Source: Candidatus Neptunichlamydia sp.
Lineage (GTDB): Bacteria; Chlamydiota; Chlamydiia; Chlamydiales; Simkaniaceae
Assembly (NCBI GenBank): GCA_965233865.1
Contig: OZ247587.1
Span: 736,001-800,000, forward strand
Direction of reading: 5' to 3'
DNA length: 64,000 nt
Under the pieces are notes generated by a model. That model was not told where the DNA came from. It searched no databases and saw nothing but the letters and a program-made list of their open reading frames with translations. Positions 1-10,508 of this stretch are shown in pieces; position 1 is the first letter of the stretch, and every line of letters starts with the position of its first letter. The position numbers were made by a program, and so were the translations under genes.

Positions 1-440
1 AGATAAATCTCTTTTTCACCTTCTAACAGCTTCCTATCTTTTAAGATCATTTTAAGACGCACTTGGTGCGTTGTCACTGGAATCACTTTTCCTTTGATGT
101 AAAGGATCCGTCCCATCTCTTCGACAGCCCTCTCAAAACTTCCTGTAACTTTTTCAAGTGCAGACAGAATGAGATTGCCCAAACTATGACCTCCAAGCCC
201 CCCGTTCTCAAAGCGGTAGTTCATTAAGCTTCGCATTAGTCGTGAAGAATCTGAAAGGGCGACTAAGCACTGGCGAACATCACCGGGGGGAAGTACTCCT
301 AACTCATCGCGGAGAATTCCAGTACTTCCTCCATCATCAGCCATGGACACAATCGCACTCAAATCAACAGCATGCTTCTTGAGCCCTCGAAGAACAGTGA
401 AATTCCCTGTTCCCCCACCCATGACTACAATTTTTTTCAC
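1..440 (-). CDS. yvcK: YvcK/CofD-like (UPF0052, gluconeogenesis factor/GlmR) protein, runs off the window edge
   Basis: Absent from the ORF track. Manual minus-strand translation from GTG at 440 gives MKKIVVMGGGTGNFTVLRGLKK...VSMADDGGSTGILRDELGVLPPGDVRQCLVAL, which carries the GGGTG and DDGGSxG...PPGD motifs. It overlaps the rpe stop (GTGA). Confidence 0.9.
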   Translation of the reverse strand, partial: MKKIVVMGGGTGNFTVLRGLKKHAVDLSAIVSMADDGGSTGILRDELGVLPPGDVRQCLVALSDSSRLMRSLMNYRFENGGLGGHSLGNLILSALEKVTGSFERAVEEMGRILYIKGKVIPVTTHQVRLKMILKDRKLLEGEKEIY

Positions 441-1129
441 CCGCGAAGCACCTCGATTCGATCTTTCATTTCTTCTCCCTCAAACAAATATGCACCTGCA
501 ACCAAGTGATTTGCTCCAGCTTTAATGCATAGAGGCGCGGTTTTGTCATCGACTCCACCATCTACCTGAATATCGAAAGGAGGGAGAATTTCCCCTTCTT
601 TAGGAATTTCACCCCCTTTCCTTACATCCAACCTGTCACACAATCCCCGAGTAAACTCTATTTTTTCTAGAACTTCAGGGATAAATGCCTGCCCACCAAA
701 ACCAGGATGAACGGTCATCAGCAGAATCTTGTCACACTTATCCAGATATTTCGGGATGAGCGACTCACTTGTCTCTGGACAAAATGCTAAACCTGCATGA
801 ACACCGCATTTGCGAATATAATTAAGAGTATCCTCAACATCTTCAGTCGCCTCAATATGGAAAGTGATACAATCAGCGCCATTCTCGATTAACTGTTCGA
901 TGTAATCAAATGGTTTATAAACCATGATGTGAACATCTAAATAGATCTCAGTTGCTTTGTTAACAGCAGCAAGTGCTTTGGGACTCAAGCTCAGGTTTGG
1001 AACAAAATGTCCATCCATGATGTCAAAATGAATAGCACTAGCTCCAGCATCCTCAGCCCGCTTAGCCTCATCGGCAAGGTGACCAAAGTCACCAGCAAAA
1101 ATTGATGGTTCAATATAAATCTCAGACAT
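437..1129 (-). CDS. rpe: Ribulose-phosphate 3-epimerase
   Basis: Motifs HFDIMDGHFVPNL, DVHIM, MTVHPGFGGQ and QVDGG. Confidence 0.97.
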   Translation of the reverse strand: MSEIYIEPSIFAGDFGHLADEAKRAEDAGASAIHFDIMDGHFVPNLSLSPKALAAVNKATEIYLDVHIMVYKPFDYIEQLIENGADCITFHIEATEDVEDTLNYIRKCGVHAGLAFCPETSESLIPKYLDKCDKILLMTVHPGFGGQAFIPEVLEKIEFTRGLCDRLDVRKGGEIPKEGEILPPFDIQVDGGVDDKTAPLCIKAGANHLVAGAYLFEGEEMKDRIEVLRG

Positions 1130-1230
1130 AATCTCCCATTATATGCCTAATCGCCAAATATTTTCAAAACCCAACTTTCAATACAGCAAGAAAAAAAATA
1201 TTTATATTCGGCTCCGCCAAGGAATTTGGC

Positions 1231-2003
1231 TATATAGTGTAGACACAAGTTTAAATTTGCGCTAAGCTAGTTTCTTAAACTTTCAAGGAGAGGTTTAAAG
1301 ATGACCGTACCAGCGCACAGACGTCACGATATTTCAGATCGAATTTGGAAAAAACTTGAGCCTTATCTTCCAGGAAGAAGAGGGGTGTGACTTACCTCCA
1401 GACTATGGGAACTGGGGAAATGTGCATCGTCGTTTTATCCGTTGGAGGAATAAAGGTGCCTGGGAACTTCTTCTGGAAAAAGTGGTGGACGATCCTGATT
1501 ATGAGTGGTTAATGATCGATGCAACCCATATCAAAGTTCACCCTCACGCAGCAGGTGCACAAGATGGCAATCAAGATATGGCTCGGACAAAAGGGGACTC
1601 AACACGAAATTACATTTGGCCGTAAATTCGCATGGTATGCCGGTCAGAGCGATTATTACGTCAGGTACTCAATCAGACTACCTTCAGGCCAAACACTTAA
1701 ATAGAGGGAATTAACGCCGATTACCTACTAGCAGATCGGGGTTATGACAGCGATGCAATCGTAACTCAAGCGATCTCTCAAGGAATGAAGGCGGTTATCC
1801 CTCCCAAAAAAAATAGGAAAAGCAAGAGAGCTTATGATAAGCATCTCTATAAATTGAGACATATTGTAGAAAATGCTTTTTTACATTTGAAGCGATGGAG
1901 AGGAATTGCTACACGCTATGCTAAGCACACATCCTCTTTCTTGGCTGCGGTTCAGATCAGATGTTTGACTTTATGGGTAGAAATCTCGTGACTACATAAT
2001 CCA
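1231..2003 (+). mobile_element. Degenerate IS5-family (IS427/IS1031-like) element with a transposase pseudogene
   Basis: Imperfect terminal IRs TATATAGTGTAGACAC (1231) and GTGACTACATAATCCA (1988). ATG at 1301 reads MTVPAHRRHDISDRIW, then an internal deletion and stop. Fragments DLPPDYGNW...MIDATHIKVH, TKLHLAV, ADRGYD and YKLRHIVENAFLHLKRWRGIATRY are spread over several frames. Confidence 0.9.
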
Positions 2004-2082
2004 GTGTTTCACCTTTAAATTGAGGTCGAAAAACTATTTTTTTATTTTTTACTTTTTGAAAATGCGATCAAACAGGAATGAC

Positions 2083-2114
2083 ATAGTGGGTTAAATTTAA
2101 ACTTAACCCACTAT
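2083..2114. terminator. 32-bp near-perfect palindrome overlapping the stop of the 531-aa gene; probable terminator hairpin
   Basis: ATAGTGGGTTAAATTT|AAACTTAACCCACTAT, one mismatch. Confidence 0.45.
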
Positions 2115-3698
2115 AAAACCCGTATAGTGACGCTCATCGTGCTCGAGATCAAGAGTGATAATAGGAGCCGAAAAATCACAAAGCTTATCGAATACCTCTC
2201 CTTCTCCAATCATAAAAAAGTGTGTTCTTTCCTCCCGGGATAAAGAAGGCATCGAAGACTGAAGTTTTTTTTGAAAAAGGAAGAAAAATGTTTTTAACAA
2301 TTTAGGATCTATAAAACTTCTTTTTTCTAGAGGAAATAAAGAATGAAAAAAGTTTTCTAGAAGAATAGAATCATGCGTGCCAATCATTTTCTCTAAAGAA
2401 GAAAAAACTTCATTTTGCTTTGATATCATTCCCCCATTGTAGTCACGGATCTCTCCAAATACCTCCTGCAGCTGACTAAGGACTCTTTGACGTGCCTTGT
2501 AAAGGTCAACCGAATGGTCTTCTCGAATAAACGAAAGGATAGGAAGCTCCACCTTAAATACGGCGACTTCTTTTGGATATTTTTTTCGAAGCATCCCGAG
2601 CTGCTTGATCCGATCAATTTTTGGACGGAGGGATGAGGCCATAAGAATCTCTTCTATTGGGGGCATTTTAGGGAGAAGAATGCGAGCTACAATGACAGTG
2701 AAAATAAGGTGGGTTTCGGCCTGCTTCTCAAAGGATAGAATCAGCTGGGGGAGATCACGGGCAAACCGGAGCTCACGCCCAAGAGTCACGACATGACGAA
2801 GAATTTCTTCTTCATTGCGAGGCATGAAAAGAGATCTTTGAAGGCGTTCGATTTTCCCTTTAAGGGCACGAGGAAGCCATTGCCTTAAATCAACTATTTC
2901 TTCTACTTCAAAGCCTCCTGCTTTCTCGATTTCTAAAGTAAGAAGATGAAGAAACTTTTCTTCCTTTTCTTGATAATCACTCCCTGAAACCAAGCGCGCC
3001 TCAGGAATGAGACTTTGAATTGCCTTAATAAGGTGTTCTCTTTTAAAAACCTCATTCTCTCGAAGAACATTCAGTCCTACAGAGACTTCTAAAGCCTCCT
3101 TTTGCTCTAGAGGAAAGGTAAGCGTACGTCGCATTATCTTAACAACAACATGACGACGCAGAGGGCATTTTTCATGAGCTAAGAGCAACTTTTTTCGGAT
3201 CATATAGAGAGTTGAAAGTGTTTGAGCCACTTCTTGTACCCTGCGAGGACGAAAATATTGATCTGAATGTTTAAGAAAAAACTGCTGCGTTTCAGAAAAT
3301 AGATCATAATCAAACAGCAATGGGAAACGACGAATTACATTTAGAATACGCTCCTGAACAAGCCCCCTTTTTTCGTCCATCGAGAGTGCTTTCATTTCAA
3401 GAATCCTGGCGGCATGATACGGAGAGCGCACACCAAGCTCTAACTCATGAATAATCCTTTCGAGTTCGGGAGAATCCTCATCTATATGTACAGTTACAAT
3501 AAGGGATTTTTCATGAACTGCATCTAGTGAAAAATGATTAGGGCTTAGATGAGAAACCATTTCAAGAATAAATTTCCCAATATAGGGGCGACGACTAGCT
3601 AGAAGGTGCAGGGTCATCGCCCCCTCCCCTTTCTCAAGCTTCCAGGATGGAATTCCTGTTTCTAGAAGCTCATCAACCAGCTCATCTGCTACTTTCAT
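2103..3698 (-). CDS. Hypothetical protein (531 aa), overlapping the 3' end of lysC
   Basis: Long ORF overlapping the lysC stop by 17 nt; no motif recognised with confidence. Confidence 0.75.
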   Translation of the reverse strand: MKVADELVDELLETGIPSWKLEKGEGAMTLHLLASRRPYIGKFILEMVSHLSPNHFSLDAVHEKSLIVTVHIDEDSPELERIIHELELGVRSPYHAARILEMKALSMDEKRGLVQERILNVIRRFPLLFDYDLFSETQQFFLKHSDQYFRPRRVQEVAQTLSTLYMIRKKLLLAHEKCPLRRHVVVKIMRRTLTFPLEQKEALEVSVGLNVLRENEVFKREHLIKAIQSLIPEARLVSGSDYQEKEEKFLHLLTLEIEKAGGFEVEEIVDLRQWLPRALKGKIERLQRSLFMPRNEEEILRHVVTLGRELRFARDLPQLILSFEKQAETHLIFTVIVARILLPKMPPIEEILMASSLRPKIDRIKQLGMLRKKYPKEVAVFKVELPILSFIREDHSVDLYKARQRVLSQLQEVFGEIRDYNGGMISKQNEVFSSLEKMIGTHDSILLENFFHSLFPLEKRSFIDPKLLKTFFFLFQKKLQSSMPSLSREERTHFFMIGEGEVFDKLCDFSAPIITLDLEHDERHYTGFIVG

Positions 3699-4443
3699 AG
3701 GTTAGCCCTTTCTTCGATGCTGCAGAGTCAATCCATGTTCCTGGAAACTCCTTCCACAGCTCCTTTTTGTAAGTTAATACGTGTAATGGTAAACCATTTT
3801 TTGACGCAAGTAAAATGGATCGGCGGTGAATGACAAACTCTGAAAAGCTCATTGCCTGCTCAAACGAAAGCTTCGCATAAAGCTTGGCACCGGGGTTTTT
3901 TTTAGGATCTTCTGAACAGATCCCCTTTACATCTTTATAAAATTCCACTTTCTCCGCATTAAGGGCTGCAGCAAGAGCGACCGCTGACGTATCACTCCCC
4001 CCTCTACCAAGAGTGGTAATTTCCTTCTTTTCACTTACCCCCTGAAAGCCAGCAACGATTACAACCTTCCCTTCAGCTAGATGCTCTTGAATGCGAATAG
4101 GCCGAACGTCTTTAATCAAAGCATTATTATGCATGCCGCAGGTAATAATTCCTGATTGACTCCCCGTTAAACTAATTGCAGAAACACCCTTATCTTCTAA
4201 AGCCATAGCAAGCAGGGACATACTAATTCTTTCACCAACTGAAATTAACATATCCATCTCGCGACGAGCAGGGTCTCGTGCAACCTGGTGAGCCAAGCAC
4301 GTAAGCTCATTTGTCATCTCACCCATAGCACTAACCACAACGACAATACGTCCCTTCTTAGCTGCGATAATATCAGCAACATTAACAAAATGTTTTGGGG
4401 TTTTTAAAGAAGCGCCGCCAAACTTCATAACTAAAGTCTTCAT
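3682..4443 (-). CDS. lysC: Aspartokinase, catalytic domain only
   Basis: MKFGGASL, VVVSAMG, VAGFQG and TTLGRGGSDTSA motifs. The protein ends at 253 aa with no ACT domains. Confidence 0.9.
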   Translation of the reverse strand: MKTLVMKFGGASLKTPKHFVNVADIIAAKKGRIVVVVSAMGEMTNELTCLAHQVARDPARREMDMLISVGERISMSLLAMALEDKGVSAISLTGSQSGIITCGMHNNALIKDVRPIRIQEHLAEGKVVIVAGFQGVSEKKEITTLGRGGSDTSAVALAAALNAEKVEFYKDVKGICSEDPKKNPGAKLYAKLSFEQAMSFSEFVIHRRSILLASKNGLPLHVLTYKKELWKEFPGTWIDSAASKKGLTYESSR

Positions 4444-4637
4444 TTCTCCAATATTAATAACACTTTAGAAAAGATGTAAATGAAGATTTTTTTTTGAAAA
4501 CACTGCTGAAGATGCCACCATCTAGAATTTCGACCCTACTTCTACTTCACCCTTATTTCTCAGATCAGGACTCAGGAGAAAACAAATTTTTAAATCTATA
4601 TCAATGCAGCTTTTGACAGCTTCATCTGAACTAGAGG

Positions 4638-4667
4638 TTGCTTTTTTTAGGAATTATTTGTTATCCT
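4638..4667 (+). promoter_or_regulatory. Putative sigma66/sigma70 promoter of the rpsA operon
   Basis: TTGCTT-18 nt-TATCCT with a TGn extension, upstream of rpsA. Confidence 0.4.
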
Positions 4668-4749
4668 GCTTCCTTTAAGAGGTTCCTCTTGTCATGAAAT
4701 ATTTTGGTAAGTGGAAGAAACATCATTAACCCATGGAGAACCCCTACTA

Positions 4750-6453
4750 ATGTCTAGTGAACTAGAGTACGACTGGAACGAAAGCAAAATTATCGATGAC
4801 ATCGAATTCAACGATGAAGACGCAAAGCTATTTCAACAGCTACTAAATAATAGAGAAGAAAAAGCTGCAGCTGGATCCATCTCATCGATGGAAGTAGGTC
4901 AAATTCTTAAAGGGAGAATTGTTGAGCTCACTCCAGACTTCGTTGTTGTGGACGTTGGCCTCAAGTCAGAGGGACTCATTCCTGTAAATGAATTTAATGA
5001 CCCCAACGAACTCCAACTAGCGAATGACATTGAGGTCCTCCTGGACCGTGCTGAAGGAGAAGATGGACAAATCGTCCTCTCTCGCGAGAAAGCTCGTAGA
5101 CAAAGACAGTGGGAATTCATTATCGAACATTGCGAAGAAGGATCGATCGTTGAGGGTAAAGTCATCCGCAAAGTAAAAGGTGGGTTAATGGTAGATATTG
5201 GGATGGAGGCCTTCCTTCCAGGATCCCAAATCGACAACAAACGAATCAAAAATATTGATGATTATGTCGACAAGACCTACGACTTCAAAATTCTGAAAAT
5301 CAATATAGAACGAAAAAATATCGTTGTTTCTAGACGAGAACTTCTTGAAGAAGAGCGTAGCTCTAAGAAAGCAGAGCTCCTTGAAAACATCACGGAAGGA
5401 GAAACACGTAGAGGGCTTGTCAAGAACATCACGGACTTTGGTGTCTTCCTTGATCTTGATGGAATCGATGGACTTCTCCACATTACAGATATGACCTGGA
5501 CACGGATTAAGCACCCTTCAGAAATGGTTCAGTTGAACGATGAACTAGATGTTATGATCCTCCATATTGACAAAGAAAAAGGGCGTGTCGCTCTTGGTCT
5601 AAAGCAGAAAGAGCCAAATCCATGGGAAGAAATCGAAGAACGCTACCCCACTGGAACTAAAGTCAGAGGGAAAATTGTCAACCTCGTTCCCTATGGAGCT
5701 TTCATTGAGATTGAGCCTGGAATTGAAGGTCTTATCCACGTCTCTGAGATGTCATGGGTAAAAAACGTCACAGATCCTAGTGAAATTGTTACTAAAGGTG
5801 ATGAACTCGAAGCAATAGTCCTTTCAGTCCAGAAAAATGAAGGGAAAATCTCTCTTGGAATCAAACAAACAGAAAAAAACCCTTGGGAAAATGTTGATAC
5901 CAAGTTTCCTGTTGGAAGTACCGTTAAAGCCGAGATCCGTAATTTAACTAATTATGGAGCCTTTGTTGAGCTTGAGCCCGGTATTGATGGACTGATTCAT
6001 ATTTCAGATCTAAGCTGGATCAAGAAAGTCTCTCACCCTTCTGAAGTTCTGAAGAAAGGGGATACAGTTGAAGCACTTATCCTTTCTGTAGATCAGGAGA
6101 GTAAGAAAATTACTCTTGGAATTAAGCAGCTCGGTGACAATCCTTGGGAATCGATTGAAAAAACTCTCCCAATCGGAACTATTGTCAAAGGAGTTGTCAC
6201 GAAAATCACAGCTTTCGGTGCTTTTACTGAGCTTGAAAATGGTATTGAAGGTCTTATCCATGTGACTGAACTTTCTGACCAAGCTTTTGGGAAAGTTGAA
6301 GACATAGTTGCAGTTGGCGACAATGTAACGGCAAAAGTGATTAAGCTTGACCCAGAGCATAAAAAGATTTCACTCTCTATTAAAGACTATCTTGTAGAGA
6401 CAAATAATAATAATCGAGACGATATCGTCGTCACGAAGAAGGAATCAGAATAA
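4750..6453 (+). CDS. rpsA: 30S ribosomal protein S1
   Basis: Repeated S1 domains ([37 protein letters not shown]). ATG 4750 is preferred over GTG 4711 because GGAGA precedes it. Confidence 0.97.
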   Translation: MSSELEYDWNESKIIDDIEFNDEDAKLFQQLLNNREEKAAAGSISSMEVGQILKGRIVELTPDFVVVDVGLKSEGLIPVNEFNDPNELQLANDIEVLLDRAEGEDGQIVLSREKARRQRQWEFIIEHCEEGSIVEGKVIRKVKGGLMVDIGMEAFLPGSQIDNKRIKNIDDYVDKTYDFKILKINIERKNIVVSRRELLEEERSSKKAELLENITEGETRRGLVKNITDFGVFLDLDGIDGLLHITDMTWTRIKHPSEMVQLNDELDVMILHIDKEKGRVALGLKQKEPNPWEEIEERYPTGTKVRGKIVNLVPYGAFIEIEPGIEGLIHVSEMSWVKNVTDPSEIVTKGDELEAIVLSVQKNEGKISLGIKQTEKNPWENVDTKFPVGSTVKAEIRNLTNYGAFVELEPGIDGLIHISDLSWIKKVSHPSEVLKKGDTVEALILSVDQESKKITLGIKQLGDNPWESIEKTLPIGTIVKGVVTKITAFGAFTELENGIEGLIHVTELSDQAFGKVEDIVAVGDNVTAKVIKLDPEHKKISLSIKDYLVETNNNNRDDIVVTKKESE

Positions 6454-6478
6454 AGGAGGGGTTCCCTCCTTTTATTTT
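6452..6478 (+). terminator. Rho-independent terminator or attenuator between rpsA and nusA
   Basis: AAAGGAGGG-GTT-CCCTCCTTT hairpin followed by a T-rich tail. Confidence 0.75.
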
Positions 6479-6495
6479 ATAAGGGCAATAAAACA

Positions 6496-7770
6496 ATGAA
6501 TAAAGACCTAATCGCAATTTTTGAGTACCTGGAACGAGAAAAAGGGATCAAACGAGAAACGATTATTGACGCTATCGAAGAATCCCTTCAAGTAGCTGCA
6601 CGCAAAAGCTTAAAAGGTGTAGGCCTCGTTTCGGTAGTTATCGACCCCAAGCAAGGAACAATCGAGGTTACAGCTGAAAAAGAAGTTGTCGACAATATCG
6701 AATATCCTGAAGAGGAAATCCTCCTTGATGAGGCAAGAGAAATTGCTCCAGACTGCGAAATGGGAGACTTTATTCAAGTCCCGATTCCCCCTGTAGACTT
6801 GGGTCGAATTGCAGCGCAAACAGCACGTCAAGTTATTGCCCAGAAGCTCCGAAGTGCCGAACGTGATGTCATCTATGAAGAATATCGTCACCGCCTTTAT
6901 GAAATGGTATCAGGAACAGTAAAGCGTGTGGTAAGAGGAGCAACGCTGATTGTTGATCTTGGAAAAGTTGAGGCAATCCTCCCTGAAAGATTCTATCCAA
7001 AAACTGAAAAATATCATGTCGGTGACCGTGTCCAGGCCCTTCTTTGGGAAGTACGTGACACTGACAATGGTGGTGCCGAAGTCGTTTTAAGCCGTAGCCA
7101 TCCCGAAATGGTTGAACAGCTTTTCAAACAAGAAGTTCCAGAACTTATGGATGAAACGGTCGGAATTAAAAAAATTGTCCGTGAAGCAGGGTACCGCACG
7201 AAGCTTGCTGTTTATTCGAACGACCCAAGAGTGGATCCATTAGGAGCCTGTGTTGGAGTGAGGGGAACCCGAGTAAAAAATGTCATTCGCGAACTCAACA
7301 ATGAAAAAATTGACATCGTTATTTTTACTGAGGATACCGTTCAGCTTCTTTATGCACTGCTCCACCCTATCGAACCAAAGAAGCTTAACTACGACCAAGA
7401 GAATGGAAGAATTTCACTTGTAGTTGAGGATGAAGACTACCCCATCGTCATTGGGAAGCGTGGGATGAATGCCCGCCTCAATGCTGCACTAGTTGGTGCA
7501 GAGCTTGGCGTAAAGAAAATGACCGAGTATCAGGCTGAGCTTTCATTTGAGCGTCAGCAAATTCAACTTGAAGAAAGCCCAGAACTCGATGATGAACTCA
7601 ATGCAGTTGAGGGAATAAATCAATTTGTGATCGATAGCCTTAAAGAAGCTGGCTTCGACACTCCACGCAAAATCCTTAATGTCTCATCAAAAGAACTCTC
7701 TAATGAGACAGGGATTAGCGTTGAAATGGCAGATGATCTTATGGATAAACTGCGTAAAATAAGGACATAA
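6496..7770 (+). CDS. nusA: Transcription termination/antitermination factor NusA
   Basis: GRIAAQTARQVI, S1 and KH domains (REAGYRTKLAV, GACVGVRGTRV, IGKRGMN). Confidence 0.97.
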   Translation: MNKDLIAIFEYLEREKGIKRETIIDAIEESLQVAARKSLKGVGLVSVVIDPKQGTIEVTAEKEVVDNIEYPEEEILLDEAREIAPDCEMGDFIQVPIPPVDLGRIAAQTARQVIAQKLRSAERDVIYEEYRHRLYEMVSGTVKRVVRGATLIVDLGKVEAILPERFYPKTEKYHVGDRVQALLWEVRDTDNGGAEVVLSRSHPEMVEQLFKQEVPELMDETVGIKKIVREAGYRTKLAVYSNDPRVDPLGACVGVRGTRVKNVIRELNNEKIDIVIFTEDTVQLLYALLHPIEPKKLNYDQENGRISLVVEDEDYPIVIGKRGMNARLNAALVGAELGVKKMTEYQAELSFERQQIQLEESPELDDELNAVEGINQFVIDSLKEAGFDTPRKILNVSSKELSNETGISVEMADDLMDKLRKIRT

Positions 7771-7773
7771 AAA

Positions 7774-10143
7774 TTGGCAAAAAACTTAAATTTAAAAGTT
7801 AAAAATGCCCAACTTGCTAAAGCGCTTAAGTTAAATCAAGCAAAGAAAGACGAAAAGGAAGCTTCCAGGAAAAAGGAAGAAGACCGGAAAGCTAGGATTG
7901 CTAAAAAAGAAGAAGCTAAGGTCCAAGAAGCTGCTAAGCTCGAAAAGGAAGCTGCTCTGAGCAAAACTGAAAATGCGGAAGAAAAGCTTCCTGCTATTCC
8001 ACCTCCATCAGAGCCAAAGGAAGATAAAGCACAAACCTCTTCTCCCTCGATGTATCCCAAAATTAAGAGCCCCAAGCCCTCTTCTCAAGCCGCATCAAAA
8101 TCCCAGGAAACCAAAGCTAAGGGTGAGACGAAGGCAAAGGCAGTCGAGAAAAAGCCTGTTAGTGATGTTAAAAAGCGAGTTGAATCCCCCCCGAAAGAGA
8201 AAGGATTTAAAGCCAACTTTGGAAGAAATCCTCGAGAAGTCCGAAAAAAATCAGACTCACGCTTTGATGCACGCGACCGCCAAGGACTTAGAGTAGGAGA
8301 AGAACGAGCTTACCGCCGTCGCCCTCGCCGCTACCGCCCGAAAAGAGGTGAAGCAGAAATAGTAAGACCAAAAGAGCTATCTGTGCGCCTGCCAATCTCT
8401 GTAAAAGATCTTGCTCAAGGGATGAAGCTGAAAGCTTCAGAGCTTATTTCAAAGCTCTTCATGCAGGGTGTTGCGATCACTATTAATGACTATCTTGAAG
8501 ATGAGACTACAATCCAACTCTTAGGCCAGGAATTTGGATGCGAGATTAAAATCGACACCAGTGAAGAAGAACGTCTGCGCATCACTGGGAGCTCGATTCA
8601 AGAAGAAATAAGCGAAACAAAACCTGAAGAACTCGAGAGCCGTGCCCCAGTCATAGCCTTTATGGGTCACGTAGACCATGGAAAGACTAGCCTAATCGAT
8701 ACTATTCGAAAGAGTAATATCGCTGGGGGCGAAGCAGGCGCAATCACTCAACACATTGGGGCTTTCAAATGCCGCCAGGAACATGGAGAAATTACGATCC
8801 TAGATACCCCGGGTCACGAAGCTTTTACCTTAATGCGCCAGCGCGGGACAGCTATTACCGATGTAATTGTTTTAGTTGTTGCCGGAGATGAAGGAATCAT
8901 GCCACAAACAGATGAGGCGATTCGCTTAGCGAAAGAGTCTAAAGTTCCTCTGGTTGTTGCAATAAATAAATGCGACAAACCTAGCTTTGATGCCGATACT
9001 ATCTACAGACAACTTGCAGATCGTGAACTCCTCCCGGAAGCATGGGGTGGAGAGGTCCTTACAATCAATTGTTCTGCCGAATCTGGAGAGGGAGTCCCTG
9101 CGCTCCTTGAAATGCTAGCCCTTCAATCTGAGATACTCGAGCTGAAAGCAAACTCAGAAACACGTGCTAGGGGAACCGTTATTGAATCCCAAATGCACAA
9201 AGGATTTGGAGCGGTTGCGACTGTACTTATTCAGAATGGGACGCTAATTTTAGGAGATGCCCTCGTCTTCGAAGACCTTTATGCACGAGTGAAAACTATG
9301 CATGATGAACACGGAAAAGCGGTGCAAATTGCTGGACCATCAACTCCTGTGAAAATTACAGGTCTTTCAGGAGTCCCCGATGCTGGGTGTGAATTTATTG
9401 TTATTGCAGATGAAAAAGAAGCACGAAAACTCTCTGAAGAGCGCGCTTCTGGTGCAAAACGCGAAAATCTCAAGCGAGGACGTGGTGAACTTGAAAGCTT
9501 CATGATGCGCCACCAGGAACTTGAAGAGAAAAAAATTGTCCCATTAATTCTTCGCGCCGATGTTCAAGGCTCAGTAGAAGCCATTAAAAACTCCCTTCTT
9601 GCGATTAAGACAGACAAGGTGGAGCTTAACTTTATTAGTGAAGGTGTGGGAGAGATTTCTGAGTCAGATGTAGAGCTTGCTGCAGCTTCCAGTGCAACCA
9701 TTATTGGTTTTCATACACAGGTAGAGAACCATGCAGAAGACCTTATCAAGCGAAATCAAGTCTTAATCAAACGCCGAGACATTATTTATCAAATCATTGA
9801 CGATGTCAAAGAGCTAATGCTCGCTTCCCTTGACAAAGTACGCCATGAAACTGAAAAAGGGACTGCTGAAGTAAAACAAGTCTTCAAATCATCGCACTTA
9901 GGCTCCATTGCGGGTTGTATGATGACCGATGGAACAATTAAAAGAGATTACCACGCGAAACTACTACGCGATGGAGAAATCATCTTTGAAGGAGGTATAT
10001 CCTCTCTAAAACGTGTCAAAGAAGATGTTAAAGAGGTCAAGAAGGGGATAGAATGTGGAATTCTGCTCCAAAAATTTGATGACTATCAAGAAGGGGATCA
10101 AATTAAAGGATATAAGGTTACCTTTATTCAACAAGAGTTATGA
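7774..10143 (+). CDS. infB: Translation initiation factor IF-2
   Basis: MGHVDHGKTSL, EAGAITQHIG, DTPGHEAF and NKCD motifs. Confidence 0.98.
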   Translation: MAKNLNLKVKNAQLAKALKLNQAKKDEKEASRKKEEDRKARIAKKEEAKVQEAAKLEKEAALSKTENAEEKLPAIPPPSEPKEDKAQTSSPSMYPKIKSPKPSSQAASKSQETKAKGETKAKAVEKKPVSDVKKRVESPPKEKGFKANFGRNPREVRKKSDSRFDARDRQGLRVGEERAYRRRPRRYRPKRGEAEIVRPKELSVRLPISVKDLAQGMKLKASELISKLFMQGVAITINDYLEDETTIQLLGQEFGCEIKIDTSEEERLRITGSSIQEEISETKPEELESRAPVIAFMGHVDHGKTSLIDTIRKSNIAGGEAGAITQHIGAFKCRQEHGEITILDTPGHEAFTLMRQRGTAITDVIVLVVAGDEGIMPQTDEAIRLAKESKVPLVVAINKCDKPSFDADTIYRQLADRELLPEAWGGEVLTINCSAESGEGVPALLEMLALQSEILELKANSETRARGTVIESQMHKGFGAVATVLIQNGTLILGDALVFEDLYARVKTMHDEHGKAVQIAGPSTPVKITGLSGVPDAGCEFIVIADEKEARKLSEERASGAKRENLKRGRGELESFMMRHQELEEKKIVPLILRADVQGSVEAIKNSLLAIKTDKVELNFISEGVGEISESDVELAAASSATIIGFHTQVENHAEDLIKRNQVLIKRRDIIYQIIDDVKELMLASLDKVRHETEKGTAEVKQVFKSSHLGSIAGCMMTDGTIKRDYHAKLLRDGEIIFEGGISSLKRVKEDVKEVKKGIECGILLQKFDDYQEGDQIKGYKVTFIQQEL

Positions 10144-10508
10144 CAAAAAGAACAGAACGGCTCAATTCACTCCTAAAAGAAGTGATCAGCGAAGTTATTC
10201 GTAAACAAGTTCGCAACCCCAAAGTTGCTCAATTTACAACAGTGACTGGAGTCGACATCTCAAAAGACCTTCACCATGCTAAGGTCTATGTAAGCGTGAT
10301 CGGAACCGATCAAGAACGGAGTACAACTGTTGAAGCTTTAGAAACTGCTGCTGGCTTTATCGGAGTGCACTCATCAAAAAAAGTTGTGATGCGCCATTTC
10401 CCTTCCCTAACATTCCGTCTCGACACTTCTGTCGATAACCAATTGAAAATCGATTCCCTCATTAAAAAAATTCACACTGAAGAAAAAACCCGGAAATCAA
10501 ATGAGTGA
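10140..10508 (+). CDS. rbfA: Ribosome-binding factor A
   Basis: RTERLNSLLKEVISE...SKDLHHAKVYVS...PSLTFRLD; position directly after infB. Confidence 0.95.
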   Translation: MTKRTERLNSLLKEVISEVIRKQVRNPKVAQFTTVTGVDISKDLHHAKVYVSVIGTDQERSTTVEALETAAGFIGVHSSKKVVMRHFPSLTFRLDTSVDNQLKIDSLIKKIHTEEKTRKSNE

